From: Alkalispirochaeta sp.
Lineage (GTDB): Bacteria > Spirochaetota > Spirochaetia > DSM-27196 > Alkalispirochaetaceae
Direction of reading: 5' to 3'
DNA length: 64,000 nt
Assembly (NCBI GenBank): GCA_965242725.1
Contig: CBDESZ010000007.1
Coordinates: 64,001-128,000, forward strand
Shown here piece by piece: positions 19,868-30,519 of the stretch. Position 1 is the stretch's first letter, and the number at the start of each line of letters is the position of its first letter. A program made the translations under genes and the position numbers. The notes beneath the pieces were generated by a model. It had not been told where the DNA came from. It saw nothing but the letters and a program-made list of their open reading frames with translations, and did no database searches.

Positions 19868-20827
19868 TTAGTGCGCCTTCTGCCGCCCAAGCCAGTCGAG
19901 GAGCTGGCGGGTTGTTTCCTCCGGCTTCTCGTGCTGAATCCAATGTCCGCAGTCGAGGCTGATAACCTCCACATTGGGTACAAAGTCGGCCAGATTGGGA
20001 GACTTTCCGACCGTATCGCGGTCTCCATATACCATCAGCGCCGGCTGACGGATAATCGGGTCAGTCTTCCCCAGGATGTGCCAGTTGCGATCGAGGTTCC
20101 GGTACCAGTTGATGCTGCTTGTGAATCCGGTGGTCCGAAAGGCGGAGACGTAAACGGCCAGGTCCTCGTCGCTCATGACCGGCTCGCCCAGGGGGCTCTC
20201 CGCCCGGGCGAGATTGATGAGCATCATACCCGGTTGCGGCTCGGCGGCGGGTACGTTCTTCCGGTACAGGTTACGGAGGAACCGCTCGGTATATTCATCA
20301 AGTATGGCATCGGCGACGCCGGGCCGGCGATTGAAGTGGACAAAGTAATTGTCCTCACCGAAGACTTCTTCCATGAATTCGATCCAGGGCTTTTCTCCAC
20401 GCGCCTGGTAGGGCAGACTCAGGGCGATGACGTTGTGTACCCGATCCGGATGGAGCAGGGTCAATCCCCAGACGATCATTGCACCCCAGTCATGTCCGAC
20501 GAAGGTTGCGTTCCGATAGCCGAAATGGTCGAGGAGTGCCACAAGATCGCCCGACAAATGCTCGATGTCGTAGGCGGATACGTCGGTGGGACGGGAAGAA
20601 TTGCCGTAGCCCCGCTGGTTTGGAACGATTACGTGGTACCCCGCCGCGGCAAGGGCGGGCATTTGATGACGCCATGAATAGGCAAGCTCCGGCCAGCCGT
20701 GACAGAGCACGATTGGATTTCCCGCGTTTTCGCGCCCCGCTTCAAACACTTCGAGATCCACGCCGTTTACCGAAATCGTGGTGGCCTCGGGAAAACTGCT
20801 CGCTCCGAACGAAATATTCGTTTCCAT
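19868..20827 (-). CDS. Alpha/beta-fold epoxide hydrolase
   Basis: HGWPE, NQRGYGNS, GHDWGA nucleophile elbow, INWYRN, CGHWIQHE. Start ATG 20827 with SD. Confidence 0.9.
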   Translation of the reverse strand: METNISFGASSFPEATTISVNGVDLEVFEAGRENAGNPIVLCHGWPELAYSWRHQMPALAAAGYHVIVPNQRGYGNSSRPTDVSAYDIEHLSGDLVALLDHFGYRNATFVGHDWGAMIVWGLTLLHPDRVHNVIALSLPYQARGEKPWIEFMEEVFGEDNYFVHFNRRPGVADAILDEYTERFLRNLYRKNVPAAEPQPGMMLINLARAESPLGEPVMSDEDLAVYVSAFRTTGFTSSINWYRNLDRNWHILGKTDPIIRQPALMVYGDRDTVGKSPNLADFVPNVEVISLDCGHWIQHEKPEETTRQLLDWLGRQKAH

Positions 20828-20915
20828 ACCTGATAACCTCCTTGTGTTCCTGTCACCCACAGAATACACTCCATTTAGGACAGGATTCGCCCTGTACTGA
20901 AAAAAAGGAGAAATA

Positions 20916-21902
20916 ATGTACTCACCGACAATGCGCCTCCTTGCCGTACTTGAACTCCTTGAAACTTATGGGTCCGTCAGCGGCCCCGACATCGCACGAA
21001 GACTGGAAGTTGACCCGCGGACCGTCCGGAGATACATCGTAACCCTCCAGGATATGGGAATACCGATCGCGGCCGAGCGGGGACCCTACGGATCGTACCG
21101 GCTCCAGCGGGGAAGCCGCATGCCTCCGCTCATATTCAATGACTCCGAGGCGAGCGCGGTCATTCTCGGCCTGATGGCGATGCGGCACATGCACTTTCCC
21201 CTCGACGCCGCCGCCGTTGAGGGAGCCCTCGCAAAGACGGAACGCCTCCTCCCCGAGACGCTTTCGCGGTACGTCAACGACCTGAAAGAGCTCATAAAGA
21301 TCCACAGCCCGTCTTATTTTCCGGCGGCAAACATCGCCCACGGCGACTTTGTGCAGTTACTCGGCCGGGCAATTCAAAAGCACCGCCGAGCCGTACTTAC
21401 CTACTCTTCCCGGACCGGCGCAACAACGGCCCGGGAAGTGGATCTCTACGGCCTGGTCCTCGTGGCGGGCACGTGGTACGCCGCGGGGTATTGTCACCTG
21501 CGCCGGGACCTGCGGACCTTTCGCGTGGACCGGATTCTTTCGATTGAAACAACGGAAACGGCTTTTGATCGTCCCCCGGACTTCGATATGTTGAACTACG
21601 TCCTTGACTCCATCGAGCACTCCCGGACGAACTTTGAGGTGGAAGTGCTCCTGAACATCCCCATGGAGCACGCCCGGGGACTCTTTGCGTCGGAGGCTCA
21701 CCTCCTTGAAGCGGCCGGCGAAGGTGTGCTCTACCGTCTGTCGACGTCCAGACTGGACTGGGTAGCACTCAGTCTCCTGGCAAAAGACGTCTCCTTTACC
21801 ATCCGCAACCCTCCGGAACTGTATGAGGAGTTTCGCAGGATTGCTGCAAAGGCGGCGGAGGTCGCGGCCGATGTCGCGTCGCAGGAGAATGAAGGGACGT
21901 AA
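20916..21902 (+). CDS. YafY-family HTH-WYL transcriptional regulator
   Basis: HTH LEVDPRTVRRYIVTL, WYL domain REVDLYGLV...WYAAGYCHLRRDLRTFRVDRI. Divergent from the epoxide hydrolase. Confidence 0.9.
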   Translation: MYSPTMRLLAVLELLETYGSVSGPDIARRLEVDPRTVRRYIVTLQDMGIPIAAERGPYGSYRLQRGSRMPPLIFNDSEASAVILGLMAMRHMHFPLDAAAVEGALAKTERLLPETLSRYVNDLKELIKIHSPSYFPAANIAHGDFVQLLGRAIQKHRRAVLTYSSRTGATTAREVDLYGLVLVAGTWYAAGYCHLRRDLRTFRVDRILSIETTETAFDRPPDFDMLNYVLDSIEHSRTNFEVEVLLNIPMEHARGLFASEAHLLEAAGEGVLYRLSTSRLDWVALSLLAKDVSFTIRNPPELYEEFRRIAAKAAEVAADVASQENEGT

Positions 21903-21947
21903 ATCGGATGAACGGGGCGCTGAGGTCGCCCCGTCCCGTTACGCCCG

Positions 21948-24332
21948 TTACCGGTACGCCCCGGTGACGGAGGCGCGCCGGCCGTTCCGGAAGTCTATAC
22001 GGTCCATGACGGCAACCCGTTCGTTTGTCTCGTCGAAGACAAATCCTTCCGGGAGCGTCAGGGTAATCGACTGATCAACTCCCGGGTCCCAATCGTTTGC
22101 GTCAAGGGCGCCTGTAGAAATCTCCCAGTGTCCGGAAGCGTGCGGTTCAATGCGGATTTCTATTTCGCTCCAGCGGCAAAGATGCGTTCGGGATATGCCG
22201 TCATCCTCAAAAAGGACGAACGCCGTCGTTTCCGGCCCCGGATAGATATCGACAACGAGATCCGGGAAGAGCGCCGTCGCGAGGGACCGCGCCCCGGGAG
22301 CGCGGGGTATGACGGCCCCCTCCCTGACGAAAAAGGGAACGCTCTCATCGGGCACGTTCACGGCAACAGCTGTACCTCCCTCATGTAGCACGCCCTCACG
22401 GGGATCATACCAGCGCCGTCCGGCGGGAAGACGATACTGCGCCTTGGTACTCCCGGGCTGCAGGGGAAGGGCAACGAGGATCGCTTCCCCGTAGAGATAC
22501 ATCGGGTCGTCGCTGCGCAGTGCGGGATCGCCTGGAAACTCAACAAAGGGATGGCGCTGAATAGGTATCCCCCGTCGGTGTGCCTGCCACGCGTATGAGT
22601 ATGTATAGGGCATGAACTCATAGTGCTGCAGCACCAGGGAGCGGAGGGCATCGGCGATCTCCGTGTACGACCACAGCTCGGTGGGTCGGGCGTCGTCGTT
22701 CCATGAGTGAATGACAAAGCGGGGTTGAAAGACCGCCGACTGACACCACCGAAGGAACTGTTCCGCCTCCGGCCGGGGACCAAAGAACCCGCCGATGTCG
22801 TGTCCAAAGAAGGGCATGCCGCTGAGACCGAAGGAACTGCCCATGAGGGTATTGTAATAGAGACTTTCCCAGGTTGAGGCGTTGTCCCCGCTCCATGTAC
22901 GGGCGTAACGCTGTACCCCCATCGAACCCGCGCGGGTGATGATCCAGGGGCGGCTGTCGGGATCCATGGCGAGGGATTCTCTCCAGGATGCACGATTCAT
23001 CAGCAGCGGCATAGTGTGGCGCTGTGAATAGGCAGGCAGGGAGCTGTCCTCCACCTCGTATTCGTTGTTGTCGTTCCAGACACCGTCAAAGCCATTGTCC
23101 AGAAGCTGTGTTCTGAGATTGCGCCGCCACTCGGCCCGTCCCGATTCCGATCCGAAATCCCACAGCCCCGCGTCACCGCCCCAGTAATACTCTGTATAGA
23201 CGCTGCCGTCGGCATTTTTCAGGAGGGCCCCGGCGTTTGAAAAGGCATCGAAGCGAGGATGTGTCGTGAGAATTCCGGGCTTGATGTTACATGCTATGTG
23301 GTATCCCCGCGTTCTCAGCCCCTTCAGGAACGTCGCCGGATCGGGAAACTTCTCCCTGTTCCATTCAAAGGTGAAACGGCGGCCGCTTCGGGAGCGGTAG
23401 TATCCGCTGGACAGATACAACCCTTCGCAAGGAATTTCGAGACGCTCCACCGTTTCGAGGTACGCTTCAATGCGATCACGGGCGTCGTCGGGTTCGGAAT
23501 AGTCCATGGAACTGCCGAGAAAGCCGAAGGTGAAGGCCGGCGGAAAGGCGGGACGCCCGCTCAAATAGGTGTACCGCTCCAGCACCTCCCCATAGGTGTC
23601 ACCAAGAAAGAGGACGTATCGATAGGGACCGTTTCTTACGGTGGCGGAGTAGTAGTACTCACTTTCAACACCGAGATCGACGCTCACGATATCCGGCGCC
23701 GCAAAGGCCACGCCGATACACGTCCCGGTGCCGGGATTCTGTTTAATCATGAAGGGAACGGATTTATACAGGGGGTCCGCAAAGCGGGCACGATACCCGA
23801 GGGCGTCGCGGTTATGCATGAGAAATCGGCGCCCCCTCCGATCGACACCGCCGCTCTTGTCACCTAGGCCAAAGAACCGGTCCCCGCCTTCCAGGGGGAA
23901 GTTGAATGCCGCAGTCACGTGATTGGGGGGCGTCCCGTGAATTCTCACGGGATATCGGGGCAATACCGTATCCTCCGACCCGATGCGTCCGCCGTGCATG
24001 AGCGTATCATCCCGATAGAGCGCAACGTTACCGGAGTCAAAGTCGACCTCTATCCGTCGCCCTCCCCAGGCAATCACGTCACGCTGCCCGCCGCCGTCTG
24101 CAACTCCCAGCTCTACCGGCGGCAGGTGATCCGGGGTGGCGCGCTCGTCGTCGTAGAGGAGCGCCGCCGCATGCTCCTGCTCCGGAAGAACGGGAAAGGC
24201 CGAGAAGTCGTAGCGCACCTCAAGAATGTCCGCCGCCAGCACCGTCAGGGTGAGTTCGCATCCTTCACCGCGATAGCGGAGGGAGAATTGTTCACGCCCC
24301 GCCCGTTGTAAGTTCTTCGGTACCTGTTTCAC
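21948..24332 (-). CDS. Glycoside hydrolase family 31 (alpha-glucosidase-like)
   Basis: FGLGDK, DPLYKSVPF, WNDNNE nucleophile motif, WSGDN, GHDIGGF, FEDDG. Confidence 0.9.
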   Translation of the reverse strand: MKQVPKNLQRAGREQFSLRYRGEGCELTLTVLAADILEVRYDFSAFPVLPEQEHAAALLYDDERATPDHLPPVELGVADGGGQRDVIAWGGRRIEVDFDSGNVALYRDDTLMHGGRIGSEDTVLPRYPVRIHGTPPNHVTAAFNFPLEGGDRFFGLGDKSGGVDRRGRRFLMHNRDALGYRARFADPLYKSVPFMIKQNPGTGTCIGVAFAAPDIVSVDLGVESEYYYSATVRNGPYRYVLFLGDTYGEVLERYTYLSGRPAFPPAFTFGFLGSSMDYSEPDDARDRIEAYLETVERLEIPCEGLYLSSGYYRSRSGRRFTFEWNREKFPDPATFLKGLRTRGYHIACNIKPGILTTHPRFDAFSNAGALLKNADGSVYTEYYWGGDAGLWDFGSESGRAEWRRNLRTQLLDNGFDGVWNDNNEYEVEDSSLPAYSQRHTMPLLMNRASWRESLAMDPDSRPWIITRAGSMGVQRYARTWSGDNASTWESLYYNTLMGSSFGLSGMPFFGHDIGGFFGPRPEAEQFLRWCQSAVFQPRFVIHSWNDDARPTELWSYTEIADALRSLVLQHYEFMPYTYSYAWQAHRRGIPIQRHPFVEFPGDPALRSDDPMYLYGEAILVALPLQPGSTKAQYRLPAGRRWYDPREGVLHEGGTAVAVNVPDESVPFFVREGAVIPRAPGARSLATALFPDLVVDIYPGPETTAFVLFEDDGISRTHLCRWSEIEIRIEPHASGHWEISTGALDANDWDPGVDQSITLTLPEGFVFDETNERVAVMDRIDFRNGRRASVTGAYR

Positions 24333-24333
24333 C

Positions 24334-25152
24334 TTAGTATTTCACTCCTCCCGCTGAAAGGCCTTGAATGAAGTATTTCTGAAAGAAGAGAAACACCAGG
24401 ATCATCGGAATGATCGCAATGACGGTCATGGAAAGCAGACTCGACCAGTCGACGTTGTACTGTCCGACAAAGTTGGAGAGGGCGAGCTGAAGGGTATATT
24501 TCTTCTGTTGACTGATGACGATGAAGGGCCAGAGGAAATCGTTCCACCGCCACATAAAGGAAAAGATGGCGATGGTCGCAACGATCGGTTTTGCCAGGGG
24601 CAGAATGATCCGCTGAAAGATGAACCACTCCCCTCCGCCATCGATTCGGGCGGACTCGATCAACGAGTTGGGGATGGTCATTATGTACTGCCGTGCAAGA
24701 AAGACTCCCGTCGGTGTCGCCGCCGGGGGGATGATAATGCCCCAAAGGGTATTCAGGAGACCGAGATTCTTTTCGAGGAGAAAGATGGGCACCATGATGA
24801 CCTGCAGGGGGATCATGAGGGTTGCGATCATGACGTAAAAGATCGTGTCCCTGCCGCGGAAGCGGTACTTGCTCAGGGCATAGCCCGCCATCGTGTTGAT
24901 CATCACGGTGATGAAGGTGGAGACGACGGCGACAAAGGAGGAGTTGCCGATATAGGTGACAAACCGGCCGCTTTGGAAGGCCCTGACGTAGTTGCTGAGG
25001 GTCGGCTCCTCGGGGAAGAAGGTGAGGGGATAGGTAAAGAGCTCCGACTGCGTCTTGAGGGAGCTCAGGAATATCCAGAACACCGGAAAGAGAAAGATAA
25101 TGAATAAGAGGAAGTACACTACGTAGCGCCCCGGAGTGGCCGTCTTATTCAT
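24334..25152 (-). CDS. Carbohydrate ABC permease (MalG-type)
   Basis: IPNSLIESARIDG, WNDFLWP. Confidence 0.92.
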   Translation of the reverse strand: MNKTATPGRYVVYFLLFIIFLFPVFWIFLSSLKTQSELFTYPLTFFPEEPTLSNYVRAFQSGRFVTYIGNSSFVAVVSTFITVMINTMAGYALSKYRFRGRDTIFYVMIATLMIPLQVIMVPIFLLEKNLGLLNTLWGIIIPPAATPTGVFLARQYIMTIPNSLIESARIDGGGEWFIFQRIILPLAKPIVATIAIFSFMWRWNDFLWPFIVISQQKKYTLQLALSNFVGQYNVDWSSLLSMTVIAIIPMILVFLFFQKYFIQGLSAGGVKY

Positions 25153-26041
25153 TTGTGTACTCCCGATTCAGCCGAAACTGAAGGACCGTCAGAATGCCGA
25201 TGGCGATCATGAGCATAATCGCCATTGAAGAGGCGTATCCCATGCGATCCTCTTCAAAGGCGACCTGATACACATTCTGGACGAGCATCTTCGTGGAGGA
25301 ACCGGGTCCGCCCTTTGTGAGGGTGTAAATCAATTCAAATGCCTTGAATGCGTTAATCGTCGCAAGGACGAGGACGACAAGCATCGTGGGACGTATGAGG
25401 GGCAGTTTAATGTGCCGGAATACCTGATTGCGACTGGCGCCGTCTATCGCCGCCGCGGCAAAGAGATCATCCGGGATCGCCTGTAATCCGCCGATAAACA
25501 TCACCATGTAAAACCCGGTGAACATCCACACCGAAATGAAGACGAGGCTTGCATTGGCGGTAAAGGGAGTGGTGAGCCAGGGAACCGCCGTTCCGCCGAG
25601 AAGTCTTATCCCGTAGTTGAGGATGCCCAATTGGTCCCCGAGAATCCACCGCCAGATGATACCGACGATAATGAGGCTCAGCATCGTCGGCAGGTAGTAG
25701 GCTCCGCGGAATATTGCGATCCCCGGATGGTTGTCCGTCGTGAGAAGGGCTACACCGAGAGACGACACCGTCAGGAGGGGAACCACCAACAGGACGTAGC
25801 GAAGGGTGTTTCCGAAGGTCCGCCAGAACATCGGGTCCCCCAGGAGCTCCGCGAAGTTTGCAAGGCCGACAAACTCCTTGTCGCCGAGGATACTCCAATC
25901 GTACAGGGCGATTCGCAATCCGCCGACGGCGGGGATGACAATGAAAAGACCGAATATGAGAAGATTCGGCGCCAGAAAGAGCATCGGCGCGAGGGTCTGG
26001 TCAAAGGACCCCTTCAGCTGTTGTTTCTTCACCGGGAACAC
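25145..26041 (-). CDS. Carbohydrate ABC permease (MalF-type)
   Basis: FVGLANF, GLQAIPDDLFAAAAIDGAS, TKGGP. Confidence 0.92.
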   Translation of the reverse strand: MFPVKKQQLKGSFDQTLAPMLFLAPNLLIFGLFIVIPAVGGLRIALYDWSILGDKEFVGLANFAELLGDPMFWRTFGNTLRYVLLVVPLLTVSSLGVALLTTDNHPGIAIFRGAYYLPTMLSLIIVGIIWRWILGDQLGILNYGIRLLGGTAVPWLTTPFTANASLVFISVWMFTGFYMVMFIGGLQAIPDDLFAAAAIDGASRNQVFRHIKLPLIRPTMLVVLVLATINAFKAFELIYTLTKGGPGSSTKMLVQNVYQVAFEEDRMGYASSMAIMLMIAIGILTVLQFRLNREYTNE

Positions 26042-26113
26042 CTCATCGGAGCGGAAATCTCAGAAGTATATCCGACGGCTCGCGCCGCCGGATATAAAGG
26101 AACCGTCTATCCG

Positions 26114-27376
26114 TCAATCGTTAAAGAAAGTGTTCCCGCGATTGTGGATGTTCCGGGCAACCTGTTCCATCGTGATGTTTCCAAGGAGCCCTTCCACGAT
26201 CTGTTCCCTGATGTAGGAATAGATCTGGTTCAATTCCGGGCTTTTCCAGTCTTCGGCGGTGATCGCCGGAGTTACCGCCAGGTCCGCCGCCATAGGACCA
26301 AAGTCGTCGGAACGCTGGGCGTATTCAATATCGACGTCGGTGCGGGCCGTCAGATTGAAGGTCTCCCGACAGTACATCGCATTCTGCTCCGCCTCCGAAA
26401 AGTGGAGCATTAGGTCGATTGCGGCGGATTCATGCTCCGCCCCTTTAAAGGAGGCGATAAACTTCCCGCCGGCGACGGAACTGCGAATCCTGCGCTGGGG
26501 CATGCGTACCGCCGCCCATTCAAAATCCTCAACTTCCGCGGCGTATTTATTAATGACCCAGGACCCACCGATATGACTTGCAACGAGTCCCGCCAGGAAG
26601 AGTTCCTGAGGATTCTCGGAACCAAGCCAGACGGACCGGGGAACGAGACCGTCATCATGGAGGCGTTTAAAAAAGGTCAGCGTATCGATCGCCTCAGGGG
26701 TATTGAAGTTCATCGCCGACTCATTATCGTTCAGGAACCGGCCGCCCGCTTCATAGAGCAAGGTCGACCAGCGGTGGGGGCTGTAGTCAAAGCCGAGTCC
26801 GTAATCGAGTCCCGGATTTTCCTCGACGACCGTTTGCAGGGCGTCATACCACTCGTCCCACGTCCAGTCTTCAGAGAGTTTGAGGATGTCGATACCGGCA
26901 TTTTCAAAGAGGTCCACGTTGACGATCATGCCGTTCGCGGTGGCCTCCGTGGGAAGGGCGAGAATGTCGCCGTTATCGTGGGTAGCAAATGCGAGGGAAG
27001 CCTCATTGAATCCGGAAACGACGTCGTCAAGATTCTCGACGCGGCCATCAAGCGGCAGGAGTTGATCCACAAACATGGCGATGTGGTTATTGGTGACCCT
27101 GGCAAGGTCGGGCGGTGTGCCGCCCGCGATCATCAGTTTCAACCGCTGTTCATAGTCCTGAAACGGAACGAGCTGCAAATCGACGGTCACGTTCGGATTC
27201 GCTTCCAGGTATCCCTGGATCGTCTCCATAAAAACATCACTTTCATCGGCGTCATTGAACCAGAGAACCGTCAGCGTCACCTCTTCGTCGCCGGCATCTT
27301 CAGCCTGTCCCGACGCGAATAACGGCACCGCAAGCATAGCGATGCTCGTAAAGATCAAAAGGATACGTCGTACCAT
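26114..27376 (-). CDS. Sugar ABC substrate-binding protein
   Basis: Signal peptide ...LFASGQAE, GGTPPD, WTWDEW. Confidence 0.92.
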   Translation of the reverse strand: MVRRILLIFTSIAMLAVPLFASGQAEDAGDEEVTLTVLWFNDADESDVFMETIQGYLEANPNVTVDLQLVPFQDYEQRLKLMIAGGTPPDLARVTNNHIAMFVDQLLPLDGRVENLDDVVSGFNEASLAFATHDNGDILALPTEATANGMIVNVDLFENAGIDILKLSEDWTWDEWYDALQTVVEENPGLDYGLGFDYSPHRWSTLLYEAGGRFLNDNESAMNFNTPEAIDTLTFFKRLHDDGLVPRSVWLGSENPQELFLAGLVASHIGGSWVINKYAAEVEDFEWAAVRMPQRRIRSSVAGGKFIASFKGAEHESAAIDLMLHFSEAEQNAMYCRETFNLTARTDVDIEYAQRSDDFGPMAADLAVTPAITAEDWKSPELNQIYSYIREQIVEGLLGNITMEQVARNIHNRGNTFFND

Positions 27377-27396
27377 GGATACCTCCTCTATGATTC

Positions 27397-27469
27397 GTCA
27401 AATCGTTTTGACATCGTCAGGGTATGCCCCCTTTTGCGAGATGTCAAGGAAATTTGCAAAACGATTTGA
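27397..27469. promoter_or_regulatory. Two LacI-type operators in the divergent promoter
   Basis: Near-perfect palindrome GTCAAATCGTTTTGAC (27397-27412) and GCAAAACGATTTGA (27456-27469), both with the central CG typical of LacI sites. Confidence 0.7.
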
Positions 27470-27509
27470 TAACTTGCAGTCTCACCGCTTCCCGCCGTAC
27501 TATACGAGA

Positions 27510-28559
27510 GTGGCCAAGATTACCGATGTCGCAAAATACGCAGGCGTATCACCATCGACGGTCAGTCACGTATTGAGTGGGAATCGGCCGATCAGCCGGG
27601 AAACGCGGGAGCGCGTTCTCGCGGCGATTCACGAGCTTGACTACCACCCCAATCCAAACGCCCGGGCCCTCAAGGCGCGACAAAGCGGCATTATCGGCTT
27701 TTATGCGGCGGATATCACAGAACTCTTTGTAACCGAAATCATCCGGGGGGTGGAGTCGGTTATCGTGCCGCGGGACGAACACCTGCTGCTCGTATCGGGG
27801 GCGGAGTTCAACGGTGACATCGAACGGGCGCTGGCGTTCCTTGCGTCCCGGAAGGTCGACGGATATATCGTTTCCTACGGAGTAAGCCAGGACGAAACGA
27901 GAACCGTTACCGTTCCATCCGACCGGCCGACGATCACCATTAACAGCCATCTCGACGCCACCATCCCGAGTATTCAGCCGGACAACAGACAGGGCGGATG
28001 GGATGCGATCGACCATCTCGCCGCGTGCGGCGCAAAACGGATTGCGATACTCGCCGGTCCCCCGGACCGCCCCGCCGGTCGTCTCCGCCTCGAGGGCGCG
28101 CTGGGCGCGGCTCGCGCTCTTCCCGCCGACGGCGCAACGGTACCCCCGGAACTCGTCCTTCACGTGGATTTCACCTTTGACGGCGGTTACCGGGGAATGC
28201 AGGAACTCCTGAAAAAAAAGGAATCCTTCGACGGCCTTTTCTGCGCCAATGACTACGTCGCGGCCGGAGCGATGACCGCCGCCGGAAAGCGGGGAATCAG
28301 GATTCCCGAGGCGCTGATTGTTGCAGGATTTGACGACCGCGAGTTTGCCTCCTTCTGGCCGACGCCGATATCTACCTTCCGTCAACCTCTCGCTCAAATG
28401 GGCCGCCTGGCGGCACAGTATCTTGAAGATCACATCCATCACGGGAAGGACATTCCTGGAGAGACATTGCTCTCAAGTGAACTCATTGCGCGGCGGAGTA
28501 CGGAAGGGCCGTATTCGGCGTACAAGCAGACCGGCGACGTAGGGGGTAACCACGGATGA
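27510..28559 (+). CDS. LacI-family transcriptional regulator
   Basis: KITDVAKYAGVSPSTVSHVLSG HTH, FCANDYVAAG. Start placed at GTG 27510. Confidence 0.92.
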   Translation: MAKITDVAKYAGVSPSTVSHVLSGNRPISRETRERVLAAIHELDYHPNPNARALKARQSGIIGFYAADITELFVTEIIRGVESVIVPRDEHLLLVSGAEFNGDIERALAFLASRKVDGYIVSYGVSQDETRTVTVPSDRPTITINSHLDATIPSIQPDNRQGGWDAIDHLAACGAKRIAILAGPPDRPAGRLRLEGALGAARALPADGATVPPELVLHVDFTFDGGYRGMQELLKKKESFDGLFCANDYVAAGAMTAAGKRGIRIPEALIVAGFDDREFASFWPTPISTFRQPLAQMGRLAAQYLEDHIHHGKDIPGETLLSSELIARRSTEGPYSAYKQTGDVGGNHG

Positions 28560-28616
28560 TACTTCCCGGGAAACGACATCCGCCGGTTTGTGTTCGATTG
28601 TCATAGGAGGCGCGGT

Positions 28617-29048
28617 GTGACCAGGATTGTACAGCTGAGAAATGAGGCGGAGTGGCGTGAAGCGTTTCCCGTGATGGGTCAACTGAGAACGCACCTTGAT
28701 GAATCCGCATATCTCAACCACGTGAGGGATATGACCGCGGAGGGGTATCGGCTCTTCGCTCTGTACGAGGACACCGCGATAGTCGCCCTCGCGGGAGTGA
28801 TTATCCTCACCAACTTGTACTACGGAAGACACGTCTACGTGTATGACCTGGTGACGGACGCCGCCCGTCGTTCCCGGGGCTACGGGGAGACGCTCTTGAA
28901 CCACATCCACGATTGGGGCCGGGAACAGGGATGCCGGTGTGTCGCCCTGTCTTCGGGCCTGCAGCGGGAAGGGGCGCACAGATTTTACGAGCAGAAAATG
29001 GGATATGACAGGCAAAGCTATGTGTTCAAGAAGGAATTGGCGGGATAG
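28617..29048 (+). CDS. GNAT N-acetyltransferase
   Basis: [35 protein letters not shown] before GTG 28617. Confidence 0.88.
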   Translation: MTRIVQLRNEAEWREAFPVMGQLRTHLDESAYLNHVRDMTAEGYRLFALYEDTAIVALAGVIILTNLYYGRHVYVYDLVTDAARRSRGYGETLLNHIHDWGREQGCRCVALSSGLQREGAHRFYEQKMGYDRQSYVFKKELAG

Positions 29049-29084
29049 AAGCGAGGCCTCGGCGCCGATAGCATTCAGCCGGCG

Positions 29085-29225
29085 CACCGCGATCGGGTGT
29101 CACACTGACCGATCCGGGGTGCTTTGAGCGGACCAGCGCGAACTCAACCCGCCGTGACTCGAGCCTGACTGCGCTTCCGACCAGCTCGTGCTCAACCGCC
29201 TGCGTGATGAACTCCTTGAGCGGCG
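29085..29225 (-). pseudogene. Probable relic of a ribbon-helix-helix/VapB-like antitoxin
   Basis: The minus strand reads LKEFITQAVEHEL...RRVEFALVRSKHPGSVSVT with no start codon. The resemblance is from memory only. Confidence 0.35.
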
Positions 29226-29251
29226 ACTTTTTTCACACGTGGAGACCTTCT

Positions 29252-30049
29252 CTACCATGAGCTGTTATGAAAATCGAGTTCACCCCGGAACGTCATATCT
29301 CCGAACCCTGCCTGACGGAAGTGATGTATCATCAGATACCGGTCGTTTGAAATCTCTACGTTCAGATATCGTAATTGCCGCTCGTGACAGATTCTTCGAA
29401 GCCGTTCCACTACATAGTACTCAAAGTTGAATACCCGGTATTGGCCGTCAATTTCGATGTCCTTAATAACCAGCCGTTTATCATAGAAATCGCGGATATC
29501 ATCGAATACCGTTTCAATTACGGCGATTGTGAAACCGACAACGGATCCATCTTTTCGCAATATGAGCACAAACACATCCGGCTTTTCGACAACCCCGGAG
29601 AAGCTGTCCCTGGTCATGAATTCGGGCATATAATCGCGGCTCGCCAACGTGTAGTATTTGTTCCGGACATTTCGTTTGCCTTCGGCAAACGCGACCAGAT
29701 CATCAAAATCTTCCGTTGTGGCGTCAGAGATACTGACGAAGTTTTCTATCAGCATTGTGTCGTAGAGCGAAATCATCTCATGCAGATTCTTCCTGGTCGT
29801 CGTTCGCCTTTCCACGCGCTGTGTCGTCCCATACCAGTTCACGATTTCCAGATAGAGTTGATCCGCTTTCGTTCCGAATCCCTGACTGCTGATGGGTGAG
29901 TAAAGACTTATTCTCCTGGTGCCTTTTCCGGATTTTGAAAGTGTATGAATTCTGCGCTCCAATCGAAGGTGGGTAACACCATTCCTGACTATTTGAAAAG
30001 CAGAATCGATCAGCATACCGAAAAATCGGGTTAATCGCCGTTCGTCCAT
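29252..30049 (-). CDS. Hypothetical protein with a divergent C-terminal GNAT-like domain
   Basis: 265-aa ORF, AT-richer than its neighbours. FVLILRKDGSVVGF...LVIKDIEID..YR...HHFRQAGF. Confidence 0.6.
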   Translation of the reverse strand: MDERRLTRFFGMLIDSAFQIVRNGVTHLRLERRIHTLSKSGKGTRRISLYSPISSQGFGTKADQLYLEIVNWYGTTQRVERRTTTRKNLHEMISLYDTMLIENFVSISDATTEDFDDLVAFAEGKRNVRNKYYTLASRDYMPEFMTRDSFSGVVEKPDVFVLILRKDGSVVGFTIAVIETVFDDIRDFYDKRLVIKDIEIDGQYRVFNFEYYVVERLRRICHERQLRYLNVEISNDRYLMIHHFRQAGFGDMTFRGELDFHNSSW

Positions 30050-30234
30050 GATGATTCTATTCTGACGTGAAACGACATTTGTGAAAATCGACGGCGTACG
30101 TCGGAGAAATCGGGGCAGTACGTTGCCGGTGGATTACTCATGCTTCGGATTGTGTTAACCGCTTCCCGCCCATCGACGTGGGTAGACCTGTGTACTAAAT
30201 AAACACCTGTATGAGCGCTTAACGCGACGGCTTA

Positions 30235-30252
30235 TGTACAATATCCTGTACC
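30235..30252 (+). promoter_or_regulatory. YefM-type operator
   Basis: TGTACA and TGTACC hexamers 12 bp apart, just upstream of the antitoxin gene, as in yefM-yoeB operators. Confidence 0.6.
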
Positions 30253-30264
30253 ACTGGAGACGAT

Positions 30265-30519
30265 ATGAATGCAGTGAATTACTCCGATTTAAGACGAAAC
30301 CTCAAAGACTACATGGATCGCGTCTACAAGGATCAGGAAACGCTCATCGTTACCAGAAAGAACAACGAGAACGTGGTCCTCATTTCGATTGACGAGTACA
30401 ACAGCCTTCTGGAAACCAACTACCTGCTCTCAAACGAGGCCAATGCCAAACACCTGAAGGAATCTTTACGGCAATCACGAGAGGGCAAAGCCGCAGAACG
30501 ACAGTTGATTGAAGAATGA
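30265..30519 (+). CDS. yefM: Phd/YefM antitoxin
   Basis: MNAVNYSDLRRNLKDYMDRV...VVLISIDEYNSLLETNYLL. Confidence 0.92.
   Translation: MNAVNYSDLRRNLKDYMDRVYKDQETLIVTRKNNENVVLISIDEYNSLLETNYLLSNEANAKHLKESLRQSREGKAAERQLIEE

Noticed and set aside
20916..21902. WYL protein as a marker of an anti-phage defence system
   Set aside because: It is YafY-type, divergent from an epoxide hydrolase, and has no defence genes nearby.
30121..30138. Short similarity to 34461-34480 (CGTTGC..CGG.GGATTACT)
   Set aside because: Too short and needs a gap, so chance cannot be excluded.
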